Shown: one piece after another, positions 58,113 to 64,000 of the stretch
Numbering within the stretch: the stretch's first letter is position 1
Layout of the letters: each line of letters opens with the position of its first letter
Source of the DNA: Candidatus Bathyarchaeota archaeon
GTDB lineage: Archaea; Thermoproteota; Bathyarchaeia; Hecatellales; Hecatellaceae
Reading direction: 5' to 3'
DNA: 64,000 nucleotides
Assembly (NCBI GenBank): GCA_052246995.1
Contig: JBQPWD010000001.1
Location: 64,001 to 128,000, forward strand
Made by a program: the position numbers and the translations under genes
Notes under the pieces: generated by a model
The model's database searches: none
What the model was told of the DNA's origin: nothing
What the model saw: only the letters and a program-made list of their open reading frames with translations

Positions 58113-58451
58113 TTATTTATATTCATCTAAAAGCTTAAGAATTTTTTTAAGTTTTTCTGGTTCAATAACTTTATGCCTAGGAAAGAAAACTCGAAGTTCT
58201 TCTACACTTTTAGGCATACAGTTTACTATCTGTATAGCTTCCTTGATATTAACATCAAACTCCTCGGTGATCTTTTTTGTAAGTTCTTTAGCTTTTTCTC
58301 CATCAAGCTTTGAAAACATTAAAGTATATTCTAAGGTTTTTCTTTGGAAATGGTTTAGTTCTCTGTTAAGATTTTTAAGTAGATCTCTAACCTCGTGGAT
58401 TGTTATGGGCTTGCTTTCAACTTTTTTTAAAGGTACTTTTCCCCACCTCAA
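58113..58451 (-). CDS. rpoF: RNA polymerase subunit Rpo4 (RpoF)
   Basis: QRKTLEY...FSK and AIQIVNCMPKSVEELR motifs; conserved position after rpl21e. Confidence 0.92.
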   Translation of the reverse strand: MRWGKVPLKKVESKPITIHEVRDLLKNLNRELNHFQRKTLEYTLMFSKLDGEKAKELTKKITEEFDVNIKEAIQIVNCMPKSVEELRVFFPRHKVIEPEKLKKILKLLDEYK

Positions 58452-58744
58452 ACTTTAACTTCTCTTAAATGTTCGGGTAAGGTAATGATTTTTCTTTCCT
58501 TTCCCCCGTCCATAACCTTAACAATATACGCCTTACCTCGCCTTCCCAAAACTACCCCTATCTTGCCATGGTAGCGTCTATGAGGTTCTCCTTTATGGGT
58601 TGTTGGATCTATAAGAATTTGCACTTTATCTCCAGTTTTATACTCAACCAGGAGGTATCCTAGAGGTCTTAATCCTCTTTCTCTACGCTTTTTTCTTAAA
58701 AGTAACCTTGTTTGAGAGCGAAAACCCTTAGATTTTTGCACCAT
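58448..58744 (-). CDS. rpl21e: 50S ribosomal protein eL21
   Basis: SKGFRSQTR, GDKV, HKGEPHRRYHGKIG, PEHL. Confidence 0.97.
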   Translation of the reverse strand: MVQKSKGFRSQTRLLLRKKRRERGLRPLGYLLVEYKTGDKVQILIDPTTHKGEPHRRYHGKIGVVLGRRGKAYIVKVMDGGKERKIITLPEHLREVKV

Positions 58745-58756
58745 TGTCTCTCTACC

Positions 58757-60079
58757 CTAACAGCTTATATTTAAAACGGTTAACTCCAAACACTTTAACT
58801 TTTTCCCTAAAACTTCTGAGATGTTTGGTTTTGTTCTTCCTTCATCTCCATCAATAAGCTCTTTAACATAAAGCCCTCCTTGACACTCGATCTTCAACTT
58901 TAATCTTTTAGGTGTAAGTTTGTCCACTTCAACAGAGTAAACACGTTTTACTCTAACCTTATCAACTCTTCTATGCATAACCCTTTTAGGAGTTTGCTGA
59001 TAAACATCCACATCCTTAAACTTTTCTCCAAGAATTTTTAAGTCTTCATCGGTTATCTCTCTGTTTTCAGTTTCAACAATGGCTTCATAGATCTTTTTTG
59101 CATGTTCAAGAAGCTTGATTTTTCTTACTGTTTCTCTATCAGCAAAATATAAGTCTTCGACTTCGACTTTACCTGTTTTGTTAACTTCATCTTCAACCTT
59201 CTTAAGGTTAATACTTCTTCTTTTAGGATTTTTAACCTCAATTATAAACGGTCTACCGTTACCTAAAACTAATGCGTCAACATCTTCCCTTCCACTAGCA
59301 TGAAACTTGGTGTTTTCCCCTAGTGTTTCATTTAAAATGGGTTTTTCTATTATTTCTTGAACGGATTCCTCGTACATTTTACCCTTCCAGTTACAACGTT
59401 TGCAACCAATTCCTTTACACTTTTTACACATCCACTTTGATTGAGGAATACCCCTAACAAGTTTTTTATATTTTCCGCCAACAAACAACGGGTTAACCTG
59501 AACTTTAACTTCCTCACTAAACGGGTTAAATAGAATAACAATATCAGGTTTTTTATATTCAACGCTTTTTCCAGTAATTTTTGATAAAATCTTTCCAACT
59601 TCCCTTGTAAACTCGCTTTTAATTGTTTCTCCCCAACTTATTTTATACCTAGCTCTTAAAGAATCTTCGGCTTCAATGACATCTTTTGGTACTTCAACCC
59701 CGACAAGAAAATTGTTAAACTCATAATCACCAACCTCTTTTAAACATTTTTCAGCTATTAAGTTAAGCTCCTGAAATTTTCCCCTGCAAATTACACATAA
59801 ACTTTTGTTTTCTTTTAAAGGGTAACCAAGCTTTTTTAATGTGTTTTTTGCTGTTAGAAACATGCCGTTTAATGCTATTTTTCTTAAAATCTCAACTCCA
59901 ACTTTTTCCTTTTCAAGCGTAAGTTTATGAGCCTTCATAGTTAAAATATTTTTTAAGCTTCTACCTCTTTCAGCATTATCCAAACCATAACCTAAGGTTG
60001 CAAATTGTCTACCTAAGCAATTGTCACATAAACAATTTTCCATTAAAAGTTTTTCTGCATTTTCCAAAATGTCTTCCAT
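58757..60079 (-). CDS. pus10: tRNA pseudouridine(54/55) synthase Pus10
   Basis: LCDNCLGRQF, GIPQSKW, SGREDVD, QQTPKRV, GGLYVKELIDGD. Confidence 0.95.
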   Translation of the reverse strand: MEDILENAEKLLMENCLCDNCLGRQFATLGYGLDNAERGRSLKNILTMKAHKLTLEKEKVGVEILRKIALNGMFLTAKNTLKKLGYPLKENKSLCVICRGKFQELNLIAEKCLKEVGDYEFNNFLVGVEVPKDVIEAEDSLRARYKISWGETIKSEFTREVGKILSKITGKSVEYKKPDIVILFNPFSEEVKVQVNPLFVGGKYKKLVRGIPQSKWMCKKCKGIGCKRCNWKGKMYEESVQEIIEKPILNETLGENTKFHASGREDVDALVLGNGRPFIIEVKNPKRRSINLKKVEDEVNKTGKVEVEDLYFADRETVRKIKLLEHAKKIYEAIVETENREITDEDLKILGEKFKDVDVYQQTPKRVMHRRVDKVRVKRVYSVEVDKLTPKRLKLKIECQGGLYVKELIDGDEGRTKPNISEVLGKKLKCLELTVLNISC

Positions 60080-60279
60080 AACTCATCAGAAACTAGAGTT
60101 TTCCCAAGCTAATGTATAAGGATAAAGAATTAAAATTAAGTTTATTATGTAAATTTTATGGTGTTCGGTCTATTTTACAGTAACCTGACAAGAAAATCCA
60201 ACAGTTTTAACTTTGAGGGTCACGGCAGATTTGAATAGGATAGTTTTTTCTTGTTTGGATAAGTTTGTCTATATGGTGC

Positions 60280-60454
60280 TTTAGGTGTTTAAAGGTTGGA
60301 GCAAAGCTTCAAGCTAAGATGGGCTTTCCCAAAGCGGGATACAGCTGTAATGGCTTATCTAAAAAATGCCTTAACACGGTACAAAACTTGGGTAGGGTGA
60401 AACATTAAGCGGGGAAAATGAAAATCTTTTAGCTTTAGCTATGGAAAGTATTAG
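60280..60454 (+). mobile_element. degenerate IS200/IS605 (tnpB) 3' remnant, copy 2
   Basis: FRCLKVGAKLQA zinc-finger-like fragment; AAAATCTTTTAGCTTTAGCTATGGAAAGTATTAG end motif aligns with copy 1. Confidence 0.55.
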
Positions 60455-60469
60455 ATTGAAGAATTCTTA

Positions 60470-62179
60470 CTAGTCTTGTCTAATTAATCCTTGTGGGAAT
60501 ATTATTGGTTTAACGTCTTCCTTATAAGATATAGGGACATCAATAATCGTTGTTACATCACTTTTTAATGAATCTTTTACTGCTTTTCTGAGCTCATCAT
60601 AAGATTCAACTCTTACTCCAACAGCTCCATATGCTTCAGCTAGTTTAACAAAATCAGGGCTTTTACCTAGGAAGACGTTAGAATATCTCCTACTATAAAG
60701 TGCTCTTTGCCATTGAGCAACCATGCCCAAAACTCTATTTTCCAGTATGATTACTGTTACCGGAATTTTCTCCTCAATGGATGTTGCAAGCTCACGTTCA
60801 TTCATGAGGAAACTACCATCTCCCGCAATATCCACAACGGGCACATCAGGTTTAGCTATCTTTGCTCCTAATGCTGCTGGAAAACCGAATCCCATTGTTC
60901 CAAGCCCCCCTGAACTTATAAAGGTTCTTGGATGGTAAATCTTAAAGTATAATGCAGCCCACATTTGGTTTTGTCCAACTTCTGTTGTTACTATGGATTT
61001 TTCAGGTAAAATTTTTCTTAACTCTTTCATTATGTTCGGCGGTTTTAGGTATCCTTCACTTTCTTTATCTTCCTCAGCCTCAATTTTAATTTCACTTTTT
61101 AGCTTTTTTATGTAGCTTTCTCTCTCCAAAACTTTACTTTGATTGTTTATGCTCCTATTTTTTACTTCCTTAAGCATTAATGTTAAAACGACTTTTAAAT
61201 CTCCAAGTATGGGGAGCTTCGTTTTTACATTTTTTCCAAGCTCAGTTGCATCAACATCAACATGAATTATTGCTGCTTTTTCATCTATTCTTCCACCAAT
61301 ATTTACAGATCTATCTGAAAACCTACATCCAACAGCAAGTATAACATCAGCTTCTTTCATCATATAGTTGGCATGAGGTGTTCCGTGGATTCCTACCATG
61401 CCTAAGGCTAAAGGATGGTCTTCTCTTACACAACCCTTACCCATAAGAGTAGTTGCAACTGGAATTTTAAGAGTTTCAGCTAAATTTAAAACTTCTTGAC
61501 AAGCTTCAGCTCCTATAACTCCTCCTCCAGCTAATATTACAGGTTTTTCAGCCTTTAACAGTAGGTTGACCGCCTCTTTTATTTTTTCTTCTGAAAATTT
61601 TTCATATGGAGCCTTCGTAAACGAAAGTTTAACATCTTCCATAAAATCTGATGGTAAAATATCCGTTACCTCGGTTTGCACATCTCTTGGAAAATCTATT
61701 AAAACAGGCCCCTTCCTATCGCTTGAGGCAAGCCAAAAAGCAAATTTAATAATTGAGGGTATTTCCTTAGGATTTCTAATTTGGTAATTATACTTCACAA
61801 TGTTTGAAGTAATTCCTATGATATCTATTTCTTGAAATGCATCCCTACCAATAAGCGGTTTCGCAACCTGACCTGTAATAGCGATTATTGGCGAGGAATC
61901 CATGTATGCTGTGGCTATACCCGTTACAAGGTTTGTTGAGCCTGGACCTGAGGTTGCCATACAAACTCCAACTTTACCACTAGCCCTAGCGTAACCATCT
62001 GCCATATGCGCGGCAGCTTGTTCATGACGTGTAAGGATATGCCTAATGCCCGAATCTAAGAGTTCATCGTACACTGGTAATATTGCTCCACCCGGGATTC
62101 CAAAGATAACTTTAACATTTTCTTTTTTAAGAGATTCAATTAGAATCTTTGCTCCAGACATTGCAGGCAAAATTAACAC
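60470..62179 (-). CDS. ilvB: acetolactate synthase large subunit
   Basis: FGIPGGAILP, RHEQAAAHMADGYAR, TSGPG, SGGLGTMGFG and GDGSF motifs. Confidence 0.95.
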   Translation of the reverse strand: MLILPAMSGAKILIESLKKENVKVIFGIPGGAILPVYDELLDSGIRHILTRHEQAAAHMADGYARASGKVGVCMATSGPGSTNLVTGIATAYMDSSPIIAITGQVAKPLIGRDAFQEIDIIGITSNIVKYNYQIRNPKEIPSIIKFAFWLASSDRKGPVLIDFPRDVQTEVTDILPSDFMEDVKLSFTKAPYEKFSEEKIKEAVNLLLKAEKPVILAGGGVIGAEACQEVLNLAETLKIPVATTLMGKGCVREDHPLALGMVGIHGTPHANYMMKEADVILAVGCRFSDRSVNIGGRIDEKAAIIHVDVDATELGKNVKTKLPILGDLKVVLTLMLKEVKNRSINNQSKVLERESYIKKLKSEIKIEAEEDKESEGYLKPPNIMKELRKILPEKSIVTTEVGQNQMWAALYFKIYHPRTFISSGGLGTMGFGFPAALGAKIAKPDVPVVDIAGDGSFLMNERELATSIEEKIPVTVIILENRVLGMVAQWQRALYSRRYSNVFLGKSPDFVKLAEAYGAVGVRVESYDELRKAVKDSLKSDVTTIIDVPISYKEDVKPIIFPQGLIRQD

Positions 62180-62627
62180 CTAAGGCTAATACACCACTTT
62201 GGAGTGTTTCCAATCTTCAAACTCTAGTAATTTACCGATGTAATCAAGTAGAAGTTAAAATTAAATCTTTCGGTTAAATTTGGCTTTTATACAGCCTATT
62301 TTTAAGATTACCAGTAATGTAGACTTTTTTGAAGAGAAATGCGTTATATGCTGATTAAATCATTAAGAATAGCGAGTTGACAAGATCAGAGTTTTCTCAA
62401 TTTAGGCTGAAACAGTAGCTGTTAATTTATCTTAAACATTAAAATTAAAACAATAGAGTCGTCTCGTTGATTAACTAAGTTTTATAAAGCTGGTAACAAT
62501 GGTAGGTGCTTATTTTACATTCTTTTTTTACATTCATCATGTAACAAAATGTTTTTAATTGATTCTATCCTAATACTTCTCAAGAGGCTTTATAGTTAGA
62601 AACTTTTAAAGGGAAGCAAAACGTAAG

Positions 62628-63173
62628 TTGAATTCATCATACAAGTTTACCTGTTCTGTTTGCAGAAACGGAGAAGTTAAAGTTTCTCAGGTAGTTGAGA
62701 GAATCCCGTATTTTGGTGCTGTAGCAATTATAACGTTTATCTGCAAATCTTGTGATTTCAAAATGAATGATGTTGTTTGTTTAGAGCTTCAAGAACCGAG
62801 GGAATATGTTTTACATGTTAAAAGCCCTGAAGATTTAAAAGCAAAAATTATAAAATCAAACACTGGTTTTATAGAAATCCCTGAACTTAAAGTTGAAGTT
62901 AGACCTGGCCCCGCCTCTCAAGGCTTTATATCCAACGTAGAGGGGTTGCTTACCCGTGTTGAAGAGGCTGCCAAAGTATTAGCTTCTGAAGGTGATGCTT
63001 ATGAAAACTTTATTTTAAAACTTAAAGATGCAAAAGAAGCTAAGATACCTTTTACTGTAATTTTAAAGGATCCGTACGGTAATAGCGCAATAATTTCAGA
63101 AGGAAAAAATCTTAAGGTAAGAAGGCTTTCAGATTTGGAGGTTGAAAGGTTAAAGGAATTTTTAATAGGTTAA
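62628..63173 (+). CDS. ZPR1 zinc-finger protein
   Basis: CSVC, IPYFG, CKSC, IPEL, PGPASQGFISNVEG and DPYGNS motifs. Confidence 0.92.
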   Translation: MNSSYKFTCSVCRNGEVKVSQVVERIPYFGAVAIITFICKSCDFKMNDVVCLELQEPREYVLHVKSPEDLKAKIIKSNTGFIEIPELKVEVRPGPASQGFISNVEGLLTRVEEAAKVLASEGDAYENFILKLKDAKEAKIPFTVILKDPYGNSAIISEGKNLKVRRLSDLEVERLKEFLIG

Positions 63174-63188
63174 TGGTGGTTAAAAACT

Positions 63189-63467
63189 ATGAGCGAGTCC
63201 TCAGTTAGCCCAACAATTTTCCACTTTCTTGAGAAGAATATTGGTCGAAGAGTTGTGGTTGTGGTTGACCGAGATTTTGGTTACGAAGGTGAGGTTGCAG
63301 CTGTTTCCCACATTCCTCCTGGTATATGGCTAAGTAACTCTGAAGCTGTTGTTATGCGTACAACGGTGGCAAATCCAATACCTAGAATTGTTTCAAGGGA
63401 GAAGAAGAGTGAAATATTTATACATCTAAACTCTGTTCAGCGTATAGAAGTACTTCAACATAAATAA
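63189..63467 (+). CDS. divergent Sm/LSm-fold protein
   Basis: Helix + IGRRVVVVV...YEGEV...IWLSNSE...EIFIHLNSVQRIE follows the Sm1/Sm2 pattern. Confidence 0.55.
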   Translation: MSESSVSPTIFHFLEKNIGRRVVVVVDRDFGYEGEVAAVSHIPPGIWLSNSEAVVMRTTVANPIPRIVSREKKSEIFIHLNSVQRIEVLQHK

Positions 63468-63496
63468 GCCTAGGGTATGCTAAAGATTTTTTAGCT

Positions 63497-63682
63497 TTAT
63501 AAACTTAGCAATCTTGGTATAAGCGTCACGAGTAGGATTAACATTATTGCTGCTGTAACTACTATTTCAGGTCTAATCTTTATACCGACACTTTCTTCCT
63601 CGTAAAAACGAAGAAGACCTGCTGCCGCTGAAGGCATAGGGGCTTCTTCTCTACGTCTTTTCTCCCTACTCAAAGTTCCCAC
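63497..63682 (-). CDS. preprotein translocase subunit Sec61beta
   Basis: AGLLRFYEEE...IKIRPEIV followed by a C-terminal TM helix. Confidence 0.92.
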   Translation of the reverse strand: MGTLSREKRRREEAPMPSAAAGLLRFYEEESVGIKIRPEIVVTAAIMLILLVTLIPRLLSL

Positions 63683-63757
63683 TCTAGAAAAATTTAATGT
63701 TTTTGGAGGTATTTATTTCTTATTTGAATCATAAAGTTTTACCTTGGGAATATAAAC

Positions 63758-64000
63758 TTGACCTTAAAAGTCTACTGGGATAATGGTGTTATTGTTAAGC
63801 TTAAGGATTTTACGCTATGTTTTGACCCTCAAACATCAAAAACAAGTTATAGGCATGTTTTAGTATCTCATGCACATCAAGACCATACTGCGGGTTTAAA
63901 TGCTTGGGGTCCTTTAAAGTATTTAACAAATCCAACGTTAAAAATTTTTAAAGCCTATACTCAAAGAAAACCTGTTAAGGTTGTAGAAGCTAACTATGGA
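63758..64000 (+). CDS. MBL-fold hydrolase/nuclease, 3' truncated (missing from the ORF track)
   Basis: TTG start; MTLKVYWDNGVIVKLKDFTLCFDP...VSHAHQDH; open to the window end. Confidence 0.8.
   Translation, partial: MTLKVYWDNGVIVKLKDFTLCFDPQTSKTSYRHVLVSHAHQDHTAGLNAWGPLKYLTNPTLKIFKAYTQRKPVKVVEANYG

Overview
AT-rich archaeal chromosomal segment, most likely Bathyarchaeia or a related TACK lineage. This is inferred from the gene set (TiaS, Tsr3, Pus10, Rpo4, eL21, Sec61beta, PINA, SMC-ScpAB, group 3b hydrogenase, PPDK) and the frequent TTG starts. Core genes: r-proteins L3/L4/L23/L2/L21e, DNA ligase, radB, moaA/moaC, trkA/trkH, ilvB, queD, aglH and one initiator tRNA-Met. Catabolic genes: an FAD-oxidoreductase/CCG Fe-S cluster, an ACD alpha subunit and an acyl-CoA dehydrogenase. 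Main points of interest: (1) a higher-GC islet at about 21.4-23.8 kb encoding an unannotated 26-aa membrane peptide, a helical protein, a triple-zinc-ribbon SPFH protein and a convergent Spo0M/arrestin-like zinc-ribbon protein, next to a decayed tnpB remnant; (2) a wHTH-KaiC-AEP primase-like operon near DNA ligase; (3) two homologous decayed IS200/IS605 tnpB 3' ends, one of which supplies the tiaS stop codon; (4) probable non-canonical ATT and GTA starts; (5) a multi-hairpin region upstream of trkA; (6) an internally deleted AtuA-family pseudogene; (7) an antisense hydrolase splitting the r-protein operon. No CRISPR array or rRNA was seen. All family calls come from motif recognition, not database searches.
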